A stretch of DNA of 64,000 nucleotides from Candidatus Bathyarchaeota archaeon (GTDB taxonomy: Archaea; Thermoproteota; Bathyarchaeia; Bathyarchaeales; Bathycorpusculaceae): NCBI GenBank assembly GCA_963772455.1, contig CAVYXJ010000012.1, positions 160,001 through 224,000 of the forward strand, given 5' to 3'. The notes under the pieces were generated by a model, which saw only the letters and a program-made list of their open reading frames with translations, searched no databases and had not been told where the DNA came from. Positions 53,906 through 63,444 of the stretch are shown one piece after another. A program made the position numbers and the translations under genes. Each line of letters opens with the position of its first letter. Within the stretch, counting starts at the first letter, position 1.

Positions 53906-54406
53906 TCAGGTATCCGAATCATTGTTCTCTATTAGGGCTTTTAGTTCCCTCTCATCACTTGGCATAAGGATCGTCTTTATGCCAGCCTCTTTACTTTTTT
54001 GGGCAAGTCTTTTGTCGCTGGTAATTAGGGCTTTACTGCCATTGTAGTTGTAGGCTGTTATTTGGAGTGCGTCAGCTTCGTAAATGTGGTAACTCATAAT
54101 GAGGTCCCATGTGCTGGTGATGATTGATGAATTTGTAGGAGTTATTTCCAGCGTATTAATGCGCATAAGTTTTAACAGTTCATCAGCAAAAAGGGTTAGA
54201 GTTTGCTCAAATTCTGCTTCTGTTAGCCAGCCTCGTCTTCGTTTCTCATCAAGAACACCCAAAGCTTCCCCTATGTTCCATAGGGAAGTGGCTATCGTTA
54301 GTTCGCCCGTTTCTGCTTTGTCGAAGATAACATCAATTGTTTCAGTTTCTGATTCGTAAATATATCGCTTGAGAAGCGCGTTGGTGTCAAGATAGAGTTT
54401 GAGCAA
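53906..54406 (-). CDS. vapC: PIN-domain toxin
   Basis: YLDTNAL, WNIGE, YEADALQI, ITSDKRL. Confidence 0.9.
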   Translation of the reverse strand: MLKLYLDTNALLKRYIYESETETIDVIFDKAETGELTIATSLWNIGEALGVLDEKRRRGWLTEAEFEQTLTLFADELLKLMRINTLEITPTNSSIITSTWDLIMSYHIYEADALQITAYNYNGSKALITSDKRLAQKSKEAGIKTILMPSDERELKALIENNDSDT

Positions 54407-54677
54407 CTCGTCTGTGCCTCATGTCCTTCACTATTTCTTCAGACGCGGGACCTCTGAGTTTGGGGCGCAGAGCTTTAATTTCTTGGGAGGATGCAGTTCC
54501 TTTTGCCTTGACGCCCATTTTTTTGAATTCTGAAATTATTAGGTTTTGTACAATTTCAGCTCGCAGTATCGCTTCAACTTCACTGCTTATTTTACGCATA
54601 TTTCCGTGCTTTTGAAATACTTGTGCTTTGAAGCTTTCCCATACAGCATCGTCTATGTATATGCTGACTTTAGTCAA
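54387..54677 (-). CDS. vapB: RHH-like antitoxin
   Basis: TKVSIYIDDAVWESFK; overlaps the PIN gene. Confidence 0.8.
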   Translation of the reverse strand: MTKVSIYIDDAVWESFKAQVFQKHGNMRKISSEVEAILRAEIVQNLIISEFKKMGVKAKGTASSQEIKALRPKLRGPASEEIVKDMRHRRVAQTLS

Positions 54678-54683
54678 TCCTCA

Positions 54684-54701
54684 ATACCTCTTAAGAGGTA
54701 T
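54684..54701. promoter_or_regulatory. TA operator, perfect palindrome ATACCTCTTAAGAGGTAT
   Basis: 18-bp palindrome directly upstream of the antitoxin start. Confidence 0.75.
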
Positions 54702-54793
54702 ACTGGTAAAGTCTCTTATAATAATGTCGCAAAAAGAGAAAGCTAAACGTTAGACCTTTCAAGCGATGTTTTAGTTTGCCGGGTTGATTGCTG

Positions 54794-55193
54794 TTAGTAT
54801 TTTTGAACTTTAAGTCCGGGGATTCTGGCGAAGTCTTTTTCGTTTCTGGTAACTATGGTTTCCTCCCCTTTCGATAAAGAAATAGCGCCGATGAGGATGT
54901 CTCTGTCAGGAATTATTTGACCTTTCTTTTCTAGAATGCTTAGGATTTCTCCGAATATTTTTGCGCCTTCTTGGTTCATTTCCAAGATTAGAAAACTGTT
55001 GAGAACTGCTGCCACATTTTTCATTTCTTCAGTTATATTTTTGGATTTGTAGGCACCATAATAGAGTTCGGCAATTGTCATGACAGTTGTCGAAACAATT
55101 TCAGTATCGTTTGCGAGTTCGTAGAGTTTCTTTTCTGCATGCTGGGTCTTTGCGAAATAGATCTGCGAAAAAAGTTGTGTCTAAACAAACTAT
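54794..55193 (-). pseudogene. vapC: Orphan PIN toxin with ATA in place of the start codon and a frameshift
   Basis: (I)VCLDTTFFADLFRK..., then TIAELYYG, DRDILIGA, VTRNEKDF. Preceded only by a short tail (GRMRELKLH*) that overlaps it as TAATA. Confidence 0.75.
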
Positions 55194-55259
55194 TAGTGAA
55201 GTTTCAGCTCCCGCATTCTACCGACTGTTTGGTGAAATATTATGAGAGCTCAAGAAGCA

Positions 55260-55790
55260 TTATTTTTTTAGATGATAATTGTCTATTTCTATAATTAGTC
55301 GTGCAAGTAGAGTTGGTTCTAAACGAAAGCCTTTAGTAACCAAATTTAACACCGTTTCTTTGGCCTCAACATCACTGATAATGCCTTTTCTAAGGGCTGA
55401 TATGATCACGTAAATTGTTCCCTTTACTTTTAGCCCCCAAGCCTGTGCGAATGCTCGTCCAGTTGAATCATCCATCAGCAGCAGTAGTTTTGTTTCACGT
55501 GATAAGACTATTGCTTGAGCTTCCCCTGAGTGGATTTCAAAGGCGTTTTCAGAGATCTTTTGAAGTATACTTTGGTCTTTGGAGTTTAGTTTAGAGAGTT
55601 TTATCCAACCCTCATTTATTGATTCTTTTATGGTCTGGGCATCTGGGAATCCATATTGTAATCCTTTTTCTACGGTTTCCTTGTATACTTCTTCAGGTAT
55701 AATGACTTGCTCAAAAAGTTCTTTTAAGAGATTTATTTTACCTACTTTTGCTAGCCATATAAGGGGGCTGGCGTCTGAGATTACGGGCAA
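55260..55790 (-). CDS. DUF3368 PIN-like toxin
   Basis: VISDASPLI.LAK, IPEEVYKE, HSGEAQAI, LLMDD, GTIYVI, GFRL. Confidence 0.9.
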   Translation of the reverse strand: MPVISDASPLIWLAKVGKINLLKELFEQVIIPEEVYKETVEKGLQYGFPDAQTIKESINEGWIKLSKLNSKDQSILQKISENAFEIHSGEAQAIVLSRETKLLLLMDDSTGRAFAQAWGLKVKGTIYVIISALRKGIISDVEAKETVLNLVTKGFRLEPTLLARLIIEIDNYHLKK

Positions 55791-55802
55791 GTTCTTTTCC
55801 TT

Positions 55803-56102
55803 TTAGGGTTTGAGGTCTTCTTCTAGGTCTTGTTGGGAATATTGCAGTAGGATGCCTTTTTCAGTTAAGAGTTTATAGAAGTTCCACAGCGAGGTATTTG
55901 CAAGCTGAGCTGCTTTCCAGCCTGTTATTTGCCCTTTTTGATATAGTTCTATGGCATTTTCTGTGTTTTTTTCTTCAATGCCTTCTTCTAAAATTTCGCG
56001 TATCAAAGTTGATCGGTCTTTTTCTTCTTTTTTGGCTATTTCACGTAGTTTTTTTGCTGTTTCTTTGGATAGTCTTAGACAGATTGTTTCGGATTCAGAC
56101 AT
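55803..56102 (-). CDS. UPF0175 antitoxin
   Basis: RHH N-terminus, AIELYQKGQITGWKAAQLA, YSQQDLEEDL. Confidence 0.9.
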   Translation of the reverse strand: MSESETICLRLSKETAKKLREIAKKEEKDRSTLIREILEEGIEEKNTENAIELYQKGQITGWKAAQLANTSLWNFYKLLTEKGILLQYSQQDLEEDLKP

Positions 56103-56202
56103 AACCTACACGTAATACATTATATATCAAATGTAATTATTTATGTTTGCCGCCTTAATGATGGGAAAAAAGATGATAACTCAATATTGAGGCGAAGTTA
56201 GG

Positions 56203-56260
56203 TTTAGGTGCTCGCCAACTCCAAGTGTAGGAGAACGTTGAGGGCACAATTATTCGATTA
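56203..56260 (+). repeat. TTTAGGTGCTCGC...GAGAA...GGCACA element, copy 1
   Basis: The 13-mer is identical at 56203, 61274 and 63445, with shared downstream GAGAAY and GGCACA. Confidence 0.7.
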
Positions 56261-56267
56261 GAACATT

Positions 56268-57860
56268 TTAGAGTTTGAGGGTTTGCATAATTTTTTGATA
56301 AACATTCAGGGCACGGCCAAATATTTTGCCAATTATTCCTAATCCACTTGCCATCGCGGATAGGTTTTCGATATCGGATTTATTCAATGTTTTAGTCAAC
56401 AGTGTCGCAGCCACAAACGCTATTGCAAAGAATAATGTTCCAATTATTAATCGTATGATGCTTGAGAAACCCAACTCATTAACAAATAGATATGTTACGG
56501 TGGCTGCTGCTAAGCAGGATATTACAATTTTTGCGGATGACTTCAAATCTACAGTTAACCCATAGTTTTTTCTTACCCAAACAACTGGAATGATTGTAGT
56601 TACGATTCCTGTTACTAATGAGGTTGTTATGAGTCCTAAAACTCCAAACTGCATGATTAAAATGTAGCCCAATGGTACACCGATGGAAACTGAGATCAAT
56701 GTGAGGTATAAGATGAAGGTGGTTTTTCCTTGGCTGCTAAGAAAATTGCTAACGCTTAAGCTTCCAAATGCTGGAAAGAAATAGGAAAGCGCAAGCAACG
56801 CTAAAAACAGTGGTGCTGAAGAGTAAGATTGTCCAAAAAGGGTTGAAACGGCTGGTTCAGCTAGGCACATAACAAGTGCAGCTACTGGAATAACAAATAG
56901 TGCGCCGTATTTGACTGAGTACTGGAAAACATTTTGCAGGGTTGTTTTGTCTTTTTGTGGATTGAGTTTGCTAAATGCTGGAAAGAGCATCATGGTGATT
57001 GGGGTTGCAAAAAACCCAATTAATACTACAAATGTTGATGCTACTCCAAAGTTGCCGATTGCAATGTTGTCTGTGACGTAGAAGATTGGAAGTAAAAAAG
57101 CGAAGTATTGACCCAGAAAGCCGGCGAGGATTACTGAAATTGATAGGGGTGCGCCATATGTTAGCATTGATTTTAGGTAGGCTTTGATTTCAAGTTTGAA
57201 TTCGCCAAGTTTTGGCAAGTGTTTGTATTGGGTCCATACAAGAACTATTCCCATTAAGCCGCCAAGCATCAAGGAGACTGTGTAGCCAATTATTGCTCCG
57301 GATGTGCCAAATCCTAAAACTACTAGTCCTACCATGAGGCCTGTTTTTAGGAAGGAGTGGAAAATTAGCATAAGGCCGTTGAGTTCGAGTTTTTCTATGC
57401 CTGTGAAGGTTGCTGTGGCGGAGTTGATGAATCCGCTGGCTAAGATGGTTATGGAGGCGATTTGGATTAATGATGTTAATTCTGGGCGGTGAAAAATGTT
57501 CACGGCAAGGTACCCTGAAAGTGAGAAACAAACAGCCGATAATGCAATGCCAAGGACTACTTCAAAGATTATTCCTGAAACAAGTATGCTTCGAACTTCA
57601 GCTGCTCGACCCTCGGATAAGTATTGGGCGGTGTCTCTAACCATTGCAGAGTTTATGCCCCAATCCCGAAACACTCCAATCAGGGTGGGGGCAACTAACA
57701 CGATTCCGTAGAGGCCATAAAGGTCTGATCCTAAAAGTCTGGCTACAAAAATTGTTGCAACGGATGAAATAACAGTTGAAATCACCAGACCCCAAAGTAA
57801 ATGAAAACTACCTCTTGCTGAAACCTTCGCCATTTCCGAAGCTTTACTCATCCTTGCCAA
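56268..57860 (-). CDS. Oligosaccharide flippase (Wzx/MOP family)
   Basis: VARLLGSDLYGLY, DWGINSA, YGAPL, LFPAFSKL; about 14 TM segments. Confidence 0.9.
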   Translation of the reverse strand: MARMSKASEMAKVSARGSFHLLWGLVISTVISSVATIFVARLLGSDLYGLYGIVLVAPTLIGVFRDWGINSAMVRDTAQYLSEGRAAEVRSILVSGIIFEVVLGIALSAVCFSLSGYLAVNIFHRPELTSLIQIASITILASGFINSATATFTGIEKLELNGLMLIFHSFLKTGLMVGLVVLGFGTSGAIIGYTVSLMLGGLMGIVLVWTQYKHLPKLGEFKLEIKAYLKSMLTYGAPLSISVILAGFLGQYFAFLLPIFYVTDNIAIGNFGVASTFVVLIGFFATPITMMLFPAFSKLNPQKDKTTLQNVFQYSVKYGALFVIPVAALVMCLAEPAVSTLFGQSYSSAPLFLALLALSYFFPAFGSLSVSNFLSSQGKTTFILYLTLISVSIGVPLGYILIMQFGVLGLITTSLVTGIVTTIIPVVWVRKNYGLTVDLKSSAKIVISCLAAATVTYLFVNELGFSSIIRLIIGTLFFAIAFVAATLLTKTLNKSDIENLSAMASGLGIIGKIFGRALNVYQKIMQTLKL

Positions 57861-57998
57861 CTTAACCTAACTTACAAACCACAATTTTTTAAGGTTATGC
57901 TGTACACAAAAATAAGTGAAATGCAACACGTACAATTTTGGCGAATATTGGCAATAAATTTTTATTTGTCGTTTATTAGATAATTTGTCGGTGTTTGA

Positions 57999-58250
57999 GT
58001 GTCTGTTGAGGTAGGTAAGTATGGGCGTATAGTTTTGCCAAAGCGGCTCCGACAAAAATACAGCATAAATGAAGGCAACAGACTTATCATAACCGAGTAC
58101 ATGGGGCGTATCTGTTTAGTCTCTGTGCAAACCCACAAGAAACCAACTCAAGCATTATATGGCTCTGTGGATCCATCCAAACCTATCGATGAACCAAAAC
58201 AGTTGGCGCGAGAATACATCCGAAAAAAACTTGTTGAGGATTATCAGTGA
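57999..58250 (+). CDS. vapB: AbrB/MazE-type antitoxin
   Basis: VGKYGRIVLPKRLRQKYSINEG. Confidence 0.9.
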   Translation: MSVEVGKYGRIVLPKRLRQKYSINEGNRLIITEYMGRICLVSVQTHKKPTQALYGSVDPSKPIDEPKQLAREYIRKKLVEDYQ

Positions 58251-58648
58251 AACGGTTTATAGATACAAACGTTTTCATCTACACCATAACAGCGCATCCA
58301 CGTTTTGGTAAAATCGCAAAAAATATTCTTGAACGCATCGAAGAGGGCGAAGCAGCTCTAACCTCCACATTAGTACTGTGTGAAGTAGCTTGGGTGCTAG
58401 AAGCAATGGGCAGACAAGGAGATATTAAAACTATACTTGAAAAAATAATGTCTTACCCGACTCTTGAAATCGTTGAAATCAGTGCAGATGATTTATTGAT
58501 TGGAGCCAACAACATGACTGCCGAACAAATTGACTTCGACGATGGCGTAAACCTTGCATTAATGATGCGACTTGGCATTTTAGAAGTCTACTCAAACGAC
58601 CAGAAACATTTGGGTAAACTTGACTTTCTGAAATTGATTTTCGAGTAA
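58247..58648 (+). CDS. vapC: PIN-domain toxin
   Basis: FIDTNVF, LVLCE, DFDDGV, YSND. Confidence 0.9.
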   Translation: MKRFIDTNVFIYTITAHPRFGKIAKNILERIEEGEAALTSTLVLCEVAWVLEAMGRQGDIKTILEKIMSYPTLEIVEISADDLLIGANNMTAEQIDFDDGVNLALMMRLGILEVYSNDQKHLGKLDFLKLIFE

Positions 58649-58656
58649 ATAGATTT

Positions 58657-58795
58657 CACCCTGCGATAAATATGGGTGTGCGCGAGAAGCTAAATACAAA
58701 CTTGGAAACAGCTACTTCTGCGACGACAAGGCAGTGAGTCATTCAAAGAAGTCGCCAATAAATGCCGTGCAGGAAGGGTTGCAATGATTGAGGAT
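58657..58795 (+). pseudogene. 5'-truncated, frameshifted copy of the 59360-59650 gene
   Basis: HPCDKYGCAREAKYKLGNSYFCDDKAVSH vs HPCDKYGCPREAKYKLGNDYYCDDKAVSH. Confidence 0.85.
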
Positions 58796-59006
58796 CTAAC
58801 ATTGTAAGATCACAGATAAGAAAAAAGTCTTGAAAATATTCTTAAAAGAGAATAATAATTGGCGATAGATTTTTTTGTTAGACAAAAGAGTACCCAAAAA
58901 GATGAGCGCTGAATTTTTGATTCTACATTATTCTCTTTTGTGATATGTTGTTATTTTTTGAACTTACCTTTAATATTTAATATTTAATCATGGTATTTGA
59001 TTTAAA

Positions 59007-59246
59007 ATGAGCAAAACAAAAGCTCGAAAGCATTCGCCCAAGAGGAATTTGCCAATTATAAAGTGTGAATGTGGTCACAAGATTCTTTTGATTCCTGATT
59101 TGAAAACTATGGGAAGAGCAATTGAAGACCATGCCTTAGAACACAAAAACAAATATGTTTTAACCAAAGAAGAAACTGAGGATTTCGAAAATGCTTTGAT
59201 CATTCAGGCTTTAGAGTTGATTTTTTCTAATCAAAAAGAATTCTGA
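59007..59246 (+). CDS. Small CECG-motif protein
   Basis: Paralog of 37506; CECG...H...H. Confidence 0.75.
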   Translation: MSKTKARKHSPKRNLPIIKCECGHKILLIPDLKTMGRAIEDHALEHKNKYVLTKEETEDFENALIIQALELIFSNQKEF

Positions 59247-59359
59247 TTTGAGATTGATATATAGTTAGAATTCATCAGGCTGCTGGAAAAACTGTTCACA
59301 AAAATCTAAGCTTCGCTAACGAAAATATTTGCGATGAGAAAAAACCTGCGGTACCTGCG

Positions 59360-59650
59360 GTGATTGCGGTGCCCAACAAAAATAGTAATGAAAACAATGG
59401 CAAATCTGCTGAGTGGCTAATACCTCATGAACCAATACACTACCACAAACTGCCGCCAAATGAACCGCATCCATGCGACAAATATGGGTGCCCAAGAGAA
59501 GCCAAATACAAACTCGGCAACGACTACTACTGCGACGACAAAGCAGTCAGTCATTTTAGAGAAATAGCAAAAAAATGCCAGGAAGATGGCTTTGAGCTAT
59601 TCGAGGACACACAATTTTATGATGAATTCAAACTTCGAGAACACGACTAA
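59360..59650 (+). CDS. Small Cys/His zinc-finger-like protein
   Basis: C-x4-C...YYC...H. The nearby diverged copy shows mostly synonymous or conservative changes. Confidence 0.75.
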   Translation: MIAVPNKNSNENNGKSAEWLIPHEPIHYHKLPPNEPHPCDKYGCPREAKYKLGNDYYCDDKAVSHFREIAKKCQEDGFELFEDTQFYDEFKLREHD

Positions 59651-59663
59651 CCATAACAAAATC

Positions 59664-60011
59664 TCATTTAACCACATCTACCTTTTCTTCCAAAATAAAT
59701 CGGCGATAGTCCTTAAATGAACGTTGAATAGAATTGATGCTTACTTTGAAAAAACGGCTCACAACGCGTCTTGATACATTGTCGGGAGCACCAAGAATAA
59801 CAGCACCATTGCATGCAAGACAAGCCTTGATTAAACTGACCTTTTTCCCCGAAAAGAAAAACCTATCCTTCTTATGAATTAAGTCAATCCAAGAAATAAT
59901 TTTCACTGCAATTTCTGATGTGAAACCTTAATTTGTTAATTCATCATAAAATTCTAGTGGATTAATCCTTTCAAAAGATTTCGTTCGTATGATTTGCATA
60001 TCTTTCTCCAT
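59664..60011 (-). pseudogene. Stand-alone TFIIB-type cyclin-repeat protein with in-frame TAA
   Basis: MEKDMQ...INPLEFYDELTN*GFTSEIAVK...SGKKVSLIKA...SRRVVSRFFKVSINSIQR resembles the TFB C-terminal repeat. Confidence 0.5.
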
Positions 60012-60243
60012 CAACCCTTAAAGATGCAACCCACAAAAACAAAATATAAGGTTAAAACCAAAAACACAATATATCTAGAAAAACAACCCCAACTTTCTAT
60101 TTTGTTGTTAATAATATCAGGTTGTCTTATTGAGATGGCTTAATTCTTTAAAAAAATATATTGCAATTTAGATGATTGTTGCAGACCCAAAATATTTAAG
60201 TAGTACTTTTAATCAAGGTTGTACCTAAAGCTGAGGTTGTACT

Positions 60244-60471
60244 ATGGATGCTCTAGTTACCCGCAAAGGTCAAGTCACCATCCCAGTTGAATTAAGACGT
60301 CAATACAAAATAGTAGAGGGCATGAAATTAACCGTCGAAGATTCCCCTTCAGGCATAGTTTTCAAAGTTATTCCAAAAATCGAGGACCTAGCTGGCGTTG
60401 ACGCACAAAAAATCACTATACAAAAAGCTTATGAAATCATAGATAAAATGCGCTCCCAAGACAGATACTAA
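60244..60471 (+). CDS. vapB: AbrB/MazE-type antitoxin
   Basis: VTRKGQVTIPVELR; AGGTTGTAC repeated at 60216 and 60234 upstream. Confidence 0.9.
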   Translation: MDALVTRKGQVTIPVELRRQYKIVEGMKLTVEDSPSGIVFKVIPKIEDLAGVDAQKITIQKAYEIIDKMRSQDRY

Positions 60472-60472
60472 C

Positions 60473-60877
60473 ATGCAAGCCATAATAGACACCAGATTTT
60501 TAGTTACACATTTTCTTGCCCCCGATGAAGAAACAAAAAAGTGGACCAAAACAACACTTGAAAATCTTCAAAGAGAACCTAACTTGGGAATCATACCCTC
60601 CATAGTAATTCATGAGTTCTACAAGTTTGAAATGCAAACCCTTGGAGTAGACATTGCTAACATTAGAATCAACATTGTATTAAAATCAAAATTAGCTGTT
60701 TCTAACTTGGATCCAGATATTGCCATTGAAGCTGCAAAATTAAGATGCAGATATGCAGACTTACCCACAGCAGACGCCATAATTGCGGCTACCGCCATCA
60801 AATCATCATCTAATTTTGTTCTAACAGACGACAAACACATTAAACAAATCAAAGAAACCAAAACCAAGTGGATATGA
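60473..60877 (+). CDS. vapC: PIN-domain toxin
   Basis: IIDTRFL, IVIHE, LPTADAIIAATA, LTDDKH. Confidence 0.9.
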   Translation: MQAIIDTRFLVTHFLAPDEETKKWTKTTLENLQREPNLGIIPSIVIHEFYKFEMQTLGVDIANIRINIVLKSKLAVSNLDPDIAIEAAKLRCRYADLPTADAIIAATAIKSSSNFVLTDDKHIKQIKETKTKWI

Positions 60878-60896
60878 ATGGTAAGCAAAAAACTAA

Positions 60897-60992
60897 GTAG
60901 ATGACCTAGCTGAAAAACTAGAAGCTCAAGCTCTTAAACAGAATTTAGATGTTGAAAAAATCATCGATGAGACCGCAGAAGGAGAACTTTGA
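60897..60992 (+). pseudogene. Start-less acidic gene tail (antitoxin-like remnant)
   Basis: VDDLAEKLEAQALKQNLDVEKIIDETAEGEL* with no in-frame start codon. Confidence 0.4.
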
Positions 60993-61273
60993 TTTTTTTT
61001 TGAAGCTATAATTATCCTGGGGATTATGTTGGAGAAAAAAGGTTAATCTACCGCTATTATTGTTTTATTCACTGGGTTTCTTGATAAAATGTAATTAAAT
61101 CTGTGTCATACCCTGTTGTTGGATAGCTCTTTTTTGGAGGTTCTCATATTCGAGCTGTCGGACTAAATTAAGCATTCTTTTTCTGTAACTATTTTTCAAC
61201 GTTACCTTTGCCGAATCCTGAACCGTTTCAACCATCGACATCATTGTAAAAAAAGGCAAGAAACGGCGGAAAC

Positions 61274-61315
61274 TTTAGGTGCTCGCAATATCGTTATGAG
61301 AATTATTGCGGCACA
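61274..61315 (+). repeat. TTTAGGTGCTCGC element, copy 2
   Basis: Hairpin GTGC-T-CGCAATA...TATTGCG-GCAC. Confidence 0.7.
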
Positions 61316-61383
61316 GCTCTAAAAAAAATTTTTTAAGGAAAGAAAAAAAAGAATATTTCCCAAAATATTTGAGTTTTTTTAGG

Positions 61384-61680
61384 TTATTGTGTTGGCTTTG
61401 GTGGTTCGTCTTTGTTTTGTTCGGTTGTTATTTCTTCGATTGGTTTTGGAGGAGGCGTTGTTGCCATTGTATAACCTATCCATGCGCCTATGAACAAGAT
61501 AGCTACGAAGGCTATGAATACTGGTGTAGCAATGAGCCAGAATCCAACATCAACGCTTGAGCCAATGTTTAGCCAAGGTTGAATTAACTGCGGATAACCA
61601 AATAGTGCAACTAGGTAAACTACGGCGACGACTACGCAGACTGTTAGTATTGCTCCGCCTATTGCTTGATCTTTACTCAT
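61384..61680 (-). CDS. Conserved archaeal 2-TM protein
   Basis: MSKDQAIGGAIL...WIGYTMATTPPPKPIEEI; GGTGGTGA RBS. Confidence 0.85.
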   Translation of the reverse strand: MSKDQAIGGAILTVCVVVAVVYLVALFGYPQLIQPWLNIGSSVDVGFWLIATPVFIAFVAILFIGAWIGYTMATTPPPKPIEEITTEQNKDEPPKPTQ

Positions 61681-61954
61681 ACTTTTTCACCACCTAAAGC
61701 TATAGAATTAATTGTTATCGAATCATTACTAGCATATTAACTCTATTCTTTTTTCAATAGTATGTCGTTTTGGTTTGAGATTTTTTTTCTTTGTTCATCA
61801 GAGGTGGCCTCTATTTAATTTTTATTAATTTGGCGGTTTTTGGCTTTTGTTTTTTGGTTGTGTATTTCTGTTCTTCTTGTGGATGGATTTGACTATCATT
61901 ACTCAATGTTTATTAATACTTACGACACATGATATAAAATTAGGGAATAACATA

Positions 61955-62404
61955 ATGAAAATCACAAAACCACCAAGCATAGCAATAATCGCCCTAGTAA
62001 TAACTGCTCTCGCCCTAACCCTAACAACAGCAGCAGTCCTAAGCAATAATCAAACCGTTCCATTAAACGGAACAATAAACGCCGTAAACCTTGGCGTATA
62101 CACCGACAGCGCATGCACCATACCCGCCACAGCCCTAAACGTTGGAACCCTCAACCCAAGCAGCACAGCAACCCAAACAGTCTATATCAAAAACACAGGC
62201 AACATAGCAGAAACACTAACCATGACAACAGGCAATTGGAACCCATCCAACGCCAACACATACCTAACTCTAACCTGGAACCGACAAAACACAGTCCTAA
62301 ACGCAGGAGCATCAATCCAAGCAACCCTAACCCTAACAGCAGCAGCAAACACCGGAAGCCTCACAACGTTTGGCTGCGATGTAACACTAACAGGCACGCA
62401 ATAG
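61955..62404 (+). CDS. Secreted TasA/CalY-like protein
   Basis: Signal/TM helix, GTLNPSSTATQTVYIKNTGN, LTLTWN; paralog of 7094-7561. Confidence 0.75.
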   Translation: MKITKPPSIAIIALVITALALTLTTAAVLSNNQTVPLNGTINAVNLGVYTDSACTIPATALNVGTLNPSSTATQTVYIKNTGNIAETLTMTTGNWNPSNANTYLTLTWNRQNTVLNAGASIQATLTLTAAANTGSLTTFGCDVTLTGTQ

Positions 62405-62515
62405 ACTTATTTTCATTTTGCAAAACTCAAAAAATTAGTTTCCGCTTGAGTAGCTGTGGGAGGGTGTTTTTTTATGTTGTTTGGGGAATTTGTTGTCGCG
62501 CGCTAAGTTTATATT

Positions 62516-62535
62516 TTACCCAATTATTTGGGTAA
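62516..62535. promoter_or_regulatory. TA operator TTACCCAA-TTAT-TTGGGTAA
   Basis: 8-bp inverted repeat just after the TTTATA box. Confidence 0.75.
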
Positions 62536-62548
62536 TATGGTGGTTTGG

Positions 62549-62791
62549 ATGGTTGAAACTACTTACTATGAAGATAAAGTGTATCTTCCAAGGCAGGTTC
62601 GAGAAAAGCTTGGGTTAGTTGATGGAGACGTTTTGCACATTGAAGTCCTCGAAAGAGGAGTTGCCAAAATGAGCGTAATACGCCGATGCGGTGCCTCTAA
62701 ACGCGCCCTTGAAAAGTTAGATAACCCACCCGATCTGGGAACCCTTAAAGGAAAACTTTCAAGAGAAGAAATCTATGAAGACATTACTTGA
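62549..62791 (+). CDS. vapB: AbrB/MazE-type antitoxin
   Basis: KVYLPRQVREKLGLVDGD...LSREEIYED. Confidence 0.85.
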   Translation: MVETTYYEDKVYLPRQVREKLGLVDGDVLHIEVLERGVAKMSVIRRCGASKRALEKLDNPPDLGTLKGKLSREEIYEDIT

Positions 62792-63212
62792 CACAAACAT
62801 ACTGGTTCATGCCTACAACAAGTCTTCGCCAAACCAAGAAAAAGCTAGCAAAATCCTCAAACAAGCCATGCAGGGCCAAATCCAGGCATTCCTATGTCCT
62901 CAAGTGCTCTACGAATTTTTCGCCGTCGTCACCAGCGCCAAAAGAGTTGAACACCCACTTTCATCAGCTGAAGCTGCAAATCTTTGCATCGACCTGTGGG
63001 AATGCAACGAGATTAAGAAATACAATCCATCAGAAATAACACCTATCGAAGTTTTCAAGTTTGTAGAAGAACTTAATTTGTCTAAGGCACAGATTTTCGA
63101 TTGCGTCTTGGCTGTAACCGCCAAAGAGAACAACATAGACAGCATATATACTGAGAACACTGCAGATTTCAAACCTTACAAATTCATAAAAGTAGTAAAT
63201 CCATTCGTATAA
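62775..63212 (+). CDS. vapC: PIN-domain toxin
   Basis: LLDTNILVHA, QVLYEF, IFDCVL, TENTADF, VNPF. Confidence 0.9.
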   Translation: MKTLLDTNILVHAYNKSSPNQEKASKILKQAMQGQIQAFLCPQVLYEFFAVVTSAKRVEHPLSSAEAANLCIDLWECNEIKKYNPSEITPIEVFKFVEELNLSKAQIFDCVLAVTAKENNIDSIYTENTADFKPYKFIKVVNPFV

Positions 63213-63444
63213 CAACTAATTTTTCCATTAAAGTTTCTTTTTTGAAGTGCGTTGTCTGTTAGAAGAAGAACAGGTGTTTTTGCACTTTGCAATCAGGTTT
63301 GGATTAGCTTGGTTTTGTTAAACGGGCTTTGGAGGGCGTTTTGGTTGCGTCTGCAAACGTCACCTTCCGCCTCGTTTCGGCTACCCGAGGCAAGAAGCAA
63401 TTGGATGTTCCCAGATACTGCCAAAAAAAGTAAGCGCAGACAAG

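Noticed and set aside
56208-56247. Archaeal SECIS or cobalamin riboswitch (GAA bulge, AGGTGC start)
   Set aside because: The GAA lies on the 3' strand, unlike SECIS. There is no B12 box, selenoprotein or cobalamin gene context.
56197-56250. Canonical integron attC site (GTTAGGT fits GTTRRRY)
   Set aside because: No matching RYYYAAC inverse core, the motif is not shared by the other two copies, and no integrase was seen.
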